A DNA stretch of 64,000 nt from Bryobacterales bacterium (GTDB lineage: Bacteria; Acidobacteriota; Terriglobia; Bryobacterales; UBA6623): contig CBDDCT010000001.1 in the NCBI GenBank assembly GCA_965226185.1, positions 149,511 through 213,510 of the forward strand, in the 5' to 3' direction. The position numbers and the translations under genes were made by a program. Below, in pieces: positions 27,357-35,869 of the stretch (position 1 is the stretch's first letter; every line of letters begins with the position of its first letter). Under the pieces are notes generated by a model. That model was not told the DNA's origin, ran no database searches, and saw only the letters and a program-made list of their open reading frames with translations.

Positions 27357-28454
27357 ATGACCGTTCTTCGCCGCAAGATGCTCCTGCTTCAGGCCGCCGC
27401 TTTGCTGGTCGCCTCCCATGCGCTCGCTCAAGAGTCGGGCCGGCTGCCGGGCTCCGAAGCCCGTAAGCTCTATCGCCAGGTAGCGGAGTTGATGGAAACC
27501 ACCTCCATCGCCGCTCCGGTACTGGCGCGTGCTGGAGCGCCTCTAATTGAGAACGCCCGGCAATCCGCCCGGGCTCTGAGCGTAGGCGCCACGCGCGAGC
27601 ACTCCGGCGTTCTCGAAACGCTCGTCACGAACGCCCGCATCTATCTCCAGCTCGCCGACGCCGTTCCCAAGCCACAGCCGTTTGCGGAAGAGATTCGCAA
27701 ACAACTAGGCGCCCTGCGGGACTCCCTCGACCGGGTTACGGCTCATTTCCGGGCTCTTCTCGAATACAAGGAAACCGCCGTCCGGGGAGCCGACCGCGAC
27801 AACTTGCAACGCTACGAGCAGGCCAACAGCGAGCTCGGCCCCGCCGGCCCTTCGGAAAACCGCGTGGTGTTCTTGGGCGACTCCATCACCGACGGATGGC
27901 GCATCAATCAGTACTTCCCCGGCAAGCCCCACGTCAATCGCGGCATCGGCGGGCAAATCACCGGGCAAATGCTGGGACGGATGAAGGCCGACGTGATCGA
28001 TTTGAAGCCCGCCGTCGTGGTCATCCTGGCGGGAACAAACGATCTTGCCCGCGGCGTCCCCTCCGACACCGTCAAGAACAACCTGGCGATGATCGCGGCT
28101 CTGGCCGAGGCATCGGGCATTACGCCGGTCTTTTCCTCCATCCTGCCGGTCAGCGATCATCACAAACGTCAGGACCCCAACTACGAAAGAACACCGCTTC
28201 GTCCGCCTTCGGAAATCCTGAGCCTCAACGCTTGGCTCAGGCAGAAGAGCCAGGAGGCAGGATACGTGTTCCTTGACTACCACGCGGTGATGGCCGGTGA
28301 CGACGGCCAGCTCCGCTCCGAACTCGCCGACGACGGCCTGCACCCGAATGGCGAAGGCTATAAGATCATGGCGCCGCTAGCGGAGGCCGCAATCCAGCAG
28401 GCCCTCAGGTCCAGGCGAATACCGGCCAAGAAAAAGCGTTTCGGGATTTTTTAA
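27357..28454 (+). CDS. secreted SGNH/GDSL hydrolase with a roughly 170-aa N-terminal helical domain
   Basis: ORF from 27237; ATG 27357 gives signal MTVLRRKMLLLQAAALLVASHALA; FLGDSITDGW block I, GTND block III, DGLHP block V. Confidence 0.8.
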   Translation: MTVLRRKMLLLQAAALLVASHALAQESGRLPGSEARKLYRQVAELMETTSIAAPVLARAGAPLIENARQSARALSVGATREHSGVLETLVTNARIYLQLADAVPKPQPFAEEIRKQLGALRDSLDRVTAHFRALLEYKETAVRGADRDNLQRYEQANSELGPAGPSENRVVFLGDSITDGWRINQYFPGKPHVNRGIGGQITGQMLGRMKADVIDLKPAVVVILAGTNDLARGVPSDTVKNNLAMIAALAEASGITPVFSSILPVSDHHKRQDPNYERTPLRPPSEILSLNAWLRQKSQEAGYVFLDYHAVMAGDDGQLRSELADDGLHPNGEGYKIMAPLAEAAIQQALRSRRIPAKKKRFGIF

Positions 28455-28609
28455 TCGCCCACCCCGGAAAAAATCCGCGACAATCTGCTCGGATGCGCAC
28501 GGCAGAACGCCTATCTCAATCCCAACCGGGCAGCGCAAAGTGCTAGCCTGTTCTCGACATTGCCTCCTCAACTTTCCCGGTTTCATTTCAACGCGGAGCC
28601 GAACTTCCC

Positions 28610-30496
28610 ATGCCACAAGCAGCAACACGACGATCGTTCCTAAAACGCAGCGGACTATCCCTCCTCGCGGCCTCCCGCCTTGCCCAGGCAGGCGGCGGCC
28701 GGTCCAGCTCTCGGGCGGCCGACTGGCGCTATTACGGAGGAGACCAGGAAGCGACGCGGTACTCGGGGCTGGACCGCATCAACCGCTCCAACGTCACGGA
28801 TCTGAAGGTCGCTTGGACTCATAACACGGGCGACAGCCGCAATCGTCCCGCGACGACGATCGAATGCACGCCCCTCGTCGTCGACGGCGTCATGTACATC
28901 ACCACCGCCCAGTTGCAGGTTCGCGCTCTCAACGCCGCTACCGGCGAGGTCCTTTGGAATTTCGATTCCTTCGACGGCGTGCGGCTGCGCCGTTCCAAGG
29001 GAGTCAACCGCGGAGTGACCTACTGGGAAGACGAAGACGGAAAGGATCGGCGCATTTTCGTCGCCGCTCAACACAAGATGTACTGCCTAAGAGCCGAGAG
29101 CGGGAAGCTGGTGAGCGAGTTCGCCGGCGGAGGAACGCTCGACCTCAGGCAGGGCATGGACCGGGAGGTCGCGGCAAGCTCTTACGTCCATTCGACGCCT
29201 CCCGTCGTTTTTGAGGACTTGCTGATCTTGGGAGGAAGCGGAGGGGAAGGCCCGGCCCCCGCCTGGCCGGGGCACATTCGCGCCTACGACATTCGCACTG
29301 GCAAGCGGCGCTGGATCTTCCACACCGTGCCATTCCCGGGTGAATTCGGTTACGACACCTGGGGCAAAGAGTCTTGGAAAACCGCCGGCGGGGCGAACAG
29401 TTGGGCCGGTATGAGCGTCGACACCGAGCGCGGCTTGGTCTTTGCCTCGACGGGGTCGCCGACGTTTGATTTCTATGGCGGCGACCGGCCCGGCGAGAAC
29501 CTGTTCGGAAACTGTGTGATCGCTCTCAATGCCAGAACCGGGGAGCGGGTCTGGCACTACCAGACGGTGCACCACGACCTGTGGGACTACGACCTGCCCG
29601 CACAGCCCGCGCTGGTCAGCGCCACTCGTGACGGAAAGCGAGTCGACCTGGTAGCCCAGGTGACGAAGACGGGATTCTTGTTCGTCTTCGAACGCGAGAC
29701 CGGCAAGCCCTTGTTCCCGATCGAAGAGCGCCCGGTTCCCAAGTCCGACATTCCCGGCGAGACGGCCTGGCTGACTCAGCCGTTCCCGCTCAAGCCACTG
29801 CCTTTTGTGCGGCAGGGGCTCAGCGACGACAACGTGACCGATCGCACGCCGGAAGCTCGCGAATACGTCATGCGGCAACTCAAGGATCTCCGCAACGAAG
29901 GTCTTTTCACGCCGCCCTCCAAACGCGGAACCGTACTGTTTCCAGGAACCCTAGGCGGAGGGCTCTGGGGCGGCTGCAGCTTCGACCCGGCATCGGGCTG
30001 GGTTTACATCAACTCCAGCAATGCCCCGAAGACCATTACAATACTGGACGCCAATCCCGAGGACCCCTTCCCCTATCGCCACGGCGGATACCCCTATTTC
30101 ACTGATCAAGACGGTTACTCGGCGGCCAAACCGCCCTGGGGACAACTCACCGCCATCGACCTATCGAGCGGCGACCATCAGTGGCAGATTCCTCTGGGAG
30201 AGCACCCCGATTGGGCCGCTCAGGGCAAGCGCCCTACCGGAACCTTCAATGTCGGAGGCTCGATCGCCACCGCGGGCGGAATTCTGTTCATCGGAGCGAC
30301 ACGAGACGAAAAATTCCGCGCCTTTGACTCAAAAACAGGAAAACTTCTCTGGGAGCATCAGCTCAACGCCGGAGCCTACGCCACGCCCTGCACCTACGAG
30401 GTTGGTGAACGCCAATACGTCGCGGTAGCCGCGGGAGGAGCCGGCCGAGGCCGCACCAAGGTCGGCGACGAGTTTGTGGCGTTTACACTGGGCTAG
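28610..30496 (+). CDS. PQQ-dependent (quinoprotein) dehydrogenase, Tat signal
   Basis: 628 aa; RRSFLKRSG twin-arginine signal; beta-propeller W-motifs; HHDLWDYDL block typical of quinoprotein glucose/alcohol dehydrogenases. Confidence 0.85.
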   Translation: MPQAATRRSFLKRSGLSLLAASRLAQAGGGRSSSRAADWRYYGGDQEATRYSGLDRINRSNVTDLKVAWTHNTGDSRNRPATTIECTPLVVDGVMYITTAQLQVRALNAATGEVLWNFDSFDGVRLRRSKGVNRGVTYWEDEDGKDRRIFVAAQHKMYCLRAESGKLVSEFAGGGTLDLRQGMDREVAASSYVHSTPPVVFEDLLILGGSGGEGPAPAWPGHIRAYDIRTGKRRWIFHTVPFPGEFGYDTWGKESWKTAGGANSWAGMSVDTERGLVFASTGSPTFDFYGGDRPGENLFGNCVIALNARTGERVWHYQTVHHDLWDYDLPAQPALVSATRDGKRVDLVAQVTKTGFLFVFERETGKPLFPIEERPVPKSDIPGETAWLTQPFPLKPLPFVRQGLSDDNVTDRTPEAREYVMRQLKDLRNEGLFTPPSKRGTVLFPGTLGGGLWGGCSFDPASGWVYINSSNAPKTITILDANPEDPFPYRHGGYPYFTDQDGYSAAKPPWGQLTAIDLSSGDHQWQIPLGEHPDWAAQGKRPTGTFNVGGSIATAGGILFIGATRDEKFRAFDSKTGKLLWEHQLNAGAYATPCTYEVGERQYVAVAAGGAGRGRTKVGDEFVAFTLG

Positions 30497-30582
30497 CGGC
30501 TACGTGTCGAAGATAGCCCCAAGCCGCAACCGTCCCACGATAACTGCCAGGCGTATCACCGCGTGTCACCGATCCGCGTTGC

Positions 30583-30622
30583 GGGGGTAAGCAACAGCAC
30601 CCCCTTGTTTCTGCCCCACCCC
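30583..30622 (+). repeat. hairpin-plus-T-tract repeat, copy 2 (GGGGGTAAGCAACAGCACCCCCTTGTTTCTGCCCCACCCC)
   Basis: Matches 13219-13257; lies 87 nt downstream of the PQQ dehydrogenase stop, so it may act as an intrinsic terminator there. Confidence 0.7.
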
Positions 30623-31230
30623 GCTGCGGGACGCCCGGCCGGGGGATTGGCGTTCGCCAGCGCAGGCGTGGCAGGGCCTGACCGCGCCCTGCTTGACGAC
30701 CCGGTTTCCCTCCTGATTCCCCATTGCTCGCGCTAGGCGCGTCTGGCGGGCGAACTTCACATCGAAGACGTCATTGCGTTCGTCGGTTCTGATCGAACAG
30801 ACGACTACTCAGGGCAGCTCAAAACGAAGACGCCGAAACCGATGGAGCGCGAAGGCAAGATCAAGGTTGAGAGTCATAGCCGAACGAGGAAGGGAACGTA
30901 CCTGGATGGGACGCTGATTCAATTCCTCTAGCCAATGCATCTTCGGAAGCGACCGTCCATTTGCAGAGAAGCCAAACGTGCGCCGCCAAGGGCGGCTGTG
31001 CTGCCATCGTTCCCAGGGAGATCTGCCACGCTTGGAAAAGCACGCCGGCTGGACGCTTCTGTTGTAGACTAGAAGCGCTCAGGGCGCGCTCGTCACCCCT
31101 TCTCCGAGGGACGACTTGTCAACTGTGCCACAACCGCGTCCTGGGCTTTTCGTTTGTGGCCGCTCTCATTGGCTTTGTGGCCGTTTGATCGGGGCTGCGT
31201 CCGAACCAAAACGTCACTTCATCACTAACC

Positions 31231-31878
31231 GTGAAACGAATAGGCCGACTCGCCATTTCGCTAACCCTCGCCCTGCTGCTGGGGGCCATCGCGGCCGACG
31301 CCCAGCGCCGCCGTCAGCCTCGGCCGCCAGGCAAGCGCCCCCGCATGTCCGACACGGTCAAGGCCAACATCTACGCTGATAACTGGTTCGAGATGTACAT
31401 CAACGGTAAGCTCATTGCCGTTGATTCAATAGAATTTATACCGCACAACATCATTTCTGTTGACATCCTGCCACAGTATCCGATGACGATTGCTGTTTTG
31501 GCCAAAGACTTCGCCGACTCCCAAACCGGCCTGGAGTACAACAACACTCGCATCGGCGATGGCGGACTCATTCTCAAGTTCGGCGACGGGACTGTTACGA
31601 GCAAAGCCTGGAAGGCCAAGAAGGTCTTTTGGGGGCCGCTCAACGGGGACATTGAAAACCCCAAAGTGCGCCGCGAACCGATCCCCGAAAGATGGTATAT
31701 GCCCGGGTACGACGACAGCTCCTGGCCGAACGCAACCGAGTTTACAGAGGAAGAAGTTCGCCCCAACCGCGTCTACAACGATTACGATTTCGAGGGCGCG
31801 CAATTCATCTGGACCGAGGATCTGGAATTGGACAACACGATCCTGTTCCGCTATCGGGTGGAGAAGCCCAGCCGCTAA
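31231..31878 (+). CDS. hypothetical secreted protein (215 aa)
   Basis: GTG start, signal peptide MKRIGRLAISLTLALLLGAIAADA; no family recognised. Confidence 0.55.
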   Translation: MKRIGRLAISLTLALLLGAIAADAQRRRQPRPPGKRPRMSDTVKANIYADNWFEMYINGKLIAVDSIEFIPHNIISVDILPQYPMTIAVLAKDFADSQTGLEYNNTRIGDGGLILKFGDGTVTSKAWKAKKVFWGPLNGDIENPKVRREPIPERWYMPGYDDSSWPNATEFTEEEVRPNRVYNDYDFEGAQFIWTEDLELDNTILFRYRVEKPSR

Positions 31879-31959
31879 ACATGGGTGGGCGCGAAGTCAC
31901 GGCCGAGCTGGATGCGTGATCCACCGCAGGCAGGCTCAAGCTTCACAGCGAGTGCTCAG

Positions 31960-32253
31960 CTACTCAAGAAGTGAATCCGCGACGTCCCGAGCGCCGTGGA
32001 TAACCCGGAGAATCTCGCTTCGAGATCCAATAGATCGATAGCAGATGACGTAGCTGCCGGCCGGAAAGCTGCGAATCCGTGAACCGAGTTCCGGGCGTCG
32101 TCTGCCGATGCCCGGAGTCTGGGCAAGCGTTTTGAAGTTTTCGTAAAGGAGAGAATGAAGATGCTCAGCGCTTACAACACTGTCTTGGGCTATGTATTGC
32201 CAGATTTCGATGAGGCCGGATTCGGCGTCCTTGGATACACTGAGTTTCGCCAT
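31960..32253 (-). CDS. parE: type II toxin, ParE/RelE family
   Basis: 97 aa; ...IWQYIAQDS...YVICYR...ILRVIHGARD pattern; TAATG overlap with the antitoxin gene. Confidence 0.85.
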   Translation of the reverse strand: MAKLSVSKDAESGLIEIWQYIAQDSVVSAEHLHSLLYENFKTLAQTPGIGRRRPELGSRIRSFPAGSYVICYRSIGSRSEILRVIHGARDVADSLLE

Positions 32254-32534
32254 TAACCAGGTATCAGCGTTGAGCTAAGCCTGTTCCTTCCTTCCGCGGC
32301 CACCTTGTCGAACAGTTCGGTTAGCCGGTCTGCTTCGTATTCCGTGAATTCGCCGCCTTCAATCTGATCGACGGCATGTTGGGTCCCCTGCCGGAGCGAA
32401 TCTAGCGTTCTCGCGTCCCGCTTTTCGAGAAGCTCCAAGGCATCACGGACGACGTCGGTGGCCGAGCGGTATGCCCCGCTGTCGACCTTTCGCCTAACAA
32501 GTTCTTCGAGATCAGGGGTAAGGGAGACGTTCAT
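32253..32534 (-). CDS. parD: type II antitoxin, ParD (RHH) family
   Basis: ORF to 32558; likely start MNVSLTPDLEELVRRKVDSGAYRSATDVVRDALELL (ParD/COG3609-type). Confidence 0.85.
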   Translation of the reverse strand: MNVSLTPDLEELVRRKVDSGAYRSATDVVRDALELLEKRDARTLDSLRQGTQHAVDQIEGGEFTEYEADRLTELFDKVAAEGRNRLSSTLIPG

Positions 32535-32608
32535 GGAGCTATCATTTCGTTCGGGCACTGACCTGTATCCATCATATACTGCCTCAACCGCGTTCCCGGG
32601 AATGTTCG

Positions 32609-33619
32609 CTAGATGAATTGGCCGGGCCCCTCAACAGTGAGCCGCGACCCCACAAAGGAAACGGCGCTTTTTTTTGCATGCCCCTCGTCTCCGAACCCCC
32701 GAAACCACGTAATCTCAGGGTCTCGCCGGAACCAAGTCATTTGGCGCTTCGCGTAACGGCGAGTGTTTTTGGCCGTATCGTCAATGGCTTCCTCAAGCGT
32801 CATCACGCCGTCGATGTGGGCGAGAGCCTGTTTGTATCCCAGCGACCCGAAAGGACGCGCTTGGCGCGACACTCCCCGCTCGAGAAGCGCACGGGCCTCG
32901 TCAACAAGGCCGGCCTGAAAGATGGCCTTGGTCCGGGCGCCGATCCTCTCATGGAGCGCCTCGCGCGGGGGATCGAGTCCAACACGGGTGACCGCAAATC
33001 CCTCGAGGGGCGGGCTACCCTCTTGCCACAGTTCCGACATGGGTTTCCGAGCCCGCAAACATACCTCGATGGCACGAATCAGCTTGGGGGTGTCGTTGGC
33101 GTGGATCTTTTGCGACGAAGCTTGGTCGAGCCGCTCCAACAGCCGATGCAAATAGCCCGGCGGCTTGTTGGCGGCTGCTGCTGCCAGGCGGCTCCGCAAT
33201 GCATCGTCTCGCCGCGGACCCTGGAACAAGCCCTCCAGCAAGGCGCGAAGGTAGAAACCGGTACCGCCCGCTAGGACGGGCAGCTTCTCCCGGTTGCGAA
33301 TCTGACCGAGTATCTCGCGGGCAAGACGAGCGTAGTCACCGGCCGTGAAGACGTCCCCGGGTTCCGCGACGTCGATCAGGTGATGAGGAATCCCGCCGCG
33401 CTCCCTCGGGAGGAGTTTTGCCGTTCCAATATCGAATCCCCGATAAACCTGTACGGAATCGAAGTTGACGATTTCACCGCTGAAACGCCGGGCGATGTCG
33501 AGCGCCAGGGAACTCTTGCCCGACGCCGTGGGGCCCAGTATCACGACAAGCGGGTAAAGCTTTCTTCCTGGCTGCGCGGAAGGGGATCGATCAGTGCGAG
33601 GGCCCGCCAAACAAGACAA
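32609..33619 (-). CDS. miaA: tRNA dimethylallyltransferase
   Basis: 336 aa (TTG start, uncertain); P-loop GPTASGKS, DSVQVYRGFDIGTAK, HHLID. Confidence 0.9.
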   Translation of the reverse strand: MSCLAGPRTDRSPSAQPGRKLYPLVVILGPTASGKSSLALDIARRFSGEIVNFDSVQVYRGFDIGTAKLLPRERGGIPHHLIDVAEPGDVFTAGDYARLAREILGQIRNREKLPVLAGGTGFYLRALLEGLFQGPRRDDALRSRLAAAAANKPPGYLHRLLERLDQASSQKIHANDTPKLIRAIEVCLRARKPMSELWQEGSPPLEGFAVTRVGLDPPREALHERIGARTKAIFQAGLVDEARALLERGVSRQARPFGSLGYKQALAHIDGVMTLEEAIDDTAKNTRRYAKRQMTWFRRDPEITWFRGFGDEGHAKKSAVSFVGSRLTVEGPGQFI

Positions 33620-33654
33620 TATACAGGAAGATTTCGCGCCCCGCGCTGGCTGCC

Positions 33655-35240
33655 GCGGGGACCCAGCATTTTCTCATCGAAGGATGAGCCTGAAGACGGG
33701 GGTTGGGGCTTTTTGCGTAGCTGGGGCTCCTTTCTGGTTTTTTGGTTTTGATTTGGGAAGGGGAGAATCGTCGTCCGGGTTGTGGGAATGTGGGAATCGC
33801 GGAGCGATTTCCAAGGGCGGTGGGAAACGAAGGGAAACCTGGTTTTTGGTTTTCCTCGTTTTCCGCCGCCCGGCATTTCCACAGTCCTCTTCCTGCTGTT
33901 CAGCACGGCGTGTTCGCGGACCGGAAACTGGCAAACAGCTTCTGCTTGGCTTGTTGCATCCGGCGGGCCGCCGCCGTGTCGCTTTCGGCCTGGGCAATGC
34001 GGCCCAGAGCCTCAAGCGTGTGCCCTGGCTTGAGATAGCTGGCGGCCTCGGACAACTTCTCGAAAGATTCCCAAGGCGTCTGGTAGTGACGATACACCCG
34101 CTTCTGCTTGCCTTTGGCGTCGGTCTTGATCTCGGGCTGTCCGCAGGGCCGGTGGAAGTTCAAATAGGGATTGAAGTGTTGTTGGTAGAAGCGCTGGATG
34201 CGCCCGGCATGTGGCGCCGCGATGTGCGTATATCCCATGTGTTTGCGGATCACCGCGCCGTTTTTCGATTCCACCAAGCCGTTGTCATTGGAGTGCCGCG
34301 GACGCGACTTGGTCTGTTCGATCAGCAGCTTGTTCAATAACTTCTCCACCGTGCGATTGAGGAACTCGCTGCCGTTGTCGGAATGGAAGCCGCGGACACG
34401 AAAGGGAAACTGCTCGATCATGGCTTTCAGCAACGGCTCCAGCCAGGCTTCACTGATCGCGGGCGTGGCGCCGACCACTTGCCACTGGGTGACTTCATCC
34501 ACGGCATTGATGTGGTAGACGCCCTTGACGCCATCGCGGTCCCCTTGATGCACCGTATCCACTCGCAGAAAGCCGGGCCGGCCTTGCGGGTCGGGCCGGC
34601 GCCGCTCGCCGCTCGACACCGCCGTGGGCCGGGTCTTGGTGAAATGCAGCCGCCGCTGGCGGTAGGCGCCGCGCCGCCGCAGGCGATAGATCTGGGCCAC
34701 CGAGATCCCCGCCAGCCGCTCGTATTCGCGCTGCTGGTACTGCTGGTATTCCCGCTCGAGGATCTTGCGCGTGGCCGGGCCGCTGAGGGTTTCGTGGGCC
34801 TCGTCCACCGCCGCCAGCAGTTCGACGTCGGCGGGCGTGTACTTGCGGGCAAAGCGATGCCGCCGGTAGCGGGCGGGTCGGAGTTCTCCGCCCTGCCGGT
34901 AGTGCCGGATCAGCCGCGTGATTTGCGCCCGGCTGAGTCCGGTCATCTTGACCAGATACTGCCGCAGCAGCCCTTTGGCGGCGCGGTTCTGGCGGCTGTA
35001 GCCTTGCTGGCCAAGCGTGTGCGCCACCCAGGCGTAGATCTCGGCCCGCCCTTTGCCTTTGAATCGAATCTCCTCGCTGGAGTGGAGAAACTGCTGGATC
35101 TGTGGCAGGTTCAACTTGCTGGCGTTTTGCACGTGGACGGTCAATCCCCAGCATGCCCACTCCCCGACCCTTTAGGCTCATCTTGTGTGAGAAACAAACT
35201 CCTCGTTCAGGCTCATCTTGCATGAGACAAGACTGACCCA
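33655..35240 (-). mobile_element. IS with rve-type (integrase-core) transposase, ISNCY/IS481-like
   Basis: About 29-bp imperfect terminal inverted repeats: TTCTCATCGAAGGATGAGCCTGAAGACGG (33671-33699) versus the reverse complement of 35201-35229 (TGTCTCATGCAAGATGAGCCTGAACGAGG). A second subterminal copy lies at 35175-35195. Confidence 0.6.
33900..35144 (-). CDS. rve-domain DDE transposase
   Basis: 414 aa; HTH-like N-terminus, LRVDTVHQGD...FHSDNGSEF...NDNGLVESKNG (D,D,E integrase core). Confidence 0.85.
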   Translation of the reverse strand: MTVHVQNASKLNLPQIQQFLHSSEEIRFKGKGRAEIYAWVAHTLGQQGYSRQNRAAKGLLRQYLVKMTGLSRAQITRLIRHYRQGGELRPARYRRHRFARKYTPADVELLAAVDEAHETLSGPATRKILEREYQQYQQREYERLAGISVAQIYRLRRRGAYRQRRLHFTKTRPTAVSSGERRRPDPQGRPGFLRVDTVHQGDRDGVKGVYHINAVDEVTQWQVVGATPAISEAWLEPLLKAMIEQFPFRVRGFHSDNGSEFLNRTVEKLLNKLLIEQTKSRPRHSNDNGLVESKNGAVIRKHMGYTHIAAPHAGRIQRFYQQHFNPYLNFHRPCGQPEIKTDAKGKQKRVYRHYQTPWESFEKLSEAASYLKPGHTLEALGRIAQAESDTAAARRMQQAKQKLFASFRSANTPC

Positions 35241-35306
35241 CTCCGTCAGTAAGGGTTTCGGACTATACTGAGGGTTGATCGGCAGATTCCTAACAGCGAG
35301 GCGCAT

Positions 35307-35747
35307 ATGAATTCCAAACTGAAATTCGGTCTGATCACCACCATCATCGTCGGGACTCTCACTTGGCTGGGAGTTTCGGGCATCAATGAAACGGCCACCT
35401 ACTACGTGACCGTTGACGAGCTCCGCGCCATGGACGGCGCAGTCGAAAAGAGGCTTCGTGTTGGCGGAGACGTGGAGCCGAACTCCATCGTTCGTAACTC
35501 CAATAACGTCGAGTTTACGATCACGCAAGGCGACCAAAAACTGCTGGTGGTCTACACGGGCCGCGACCCGCTGCCCGACACTTTCCGGGACCGCGCTCAG
35601 GCGCTGTGCGACGGCCGTCTGCGCTCCGACGGTGTTTTCGAGGCAAAGAAGATCCAGGCCAAATGCGCCTCCAAGTACGAAGCCGATCCCGGCAAAGGCG
35701 CGCAGCCGGTATACGGAGCCGAGCCCGAAAACAAGGCGTCGCTTTGA
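35307..35747 (+). CDS. ccmE: cytochrome c maturation haem chaperone CcmE, Cys-type (CXXXY) variant
   Basis: 146 aa; N-terminal anchor, OB-fold blocks (RLRVGGDV, LLVVYTG..PDTFRD); haem-binding position reads AKCASKY (Cys120, TGC at 35664-35666) instead of AKHDENY. Confidence 0.9.
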   Translation: MNSKLKFGLITTIIVGTLTWLGVSGINETATYYVTVDELRAMDGAVEKRLRVGGDVEPNSIVRNSNNVEFTITQGDQKLLVVYTGRDPLPDTFRDRAQALCDGRLRSDGVFEAKKIQAKCASKYEADPGKGAQPVYGAEPENKASL

Positions 35748-35869
35748 CGAGAAGCCCGTGATCTCTTGGGGCCGCGCCATGTTCGCGGCCCTGAAGTGCT
35801 AAAATGCCGCGCTCACCGGAGATGGCCGGTTTATCCTCGAAAGCGGACCCGCCCCAAAGGCAATAACAC

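Noticed and set aside
30752-30931. Start-less 59-codon frame (ELHIEDVIAFVGSDRTDDYSGQLKTKTPKPMEREGKIKVESHSRTRKGTYLDGTLIQFL)
   Set aside because: No start codon, no recognisable family; probably a fragment or chance ORF.
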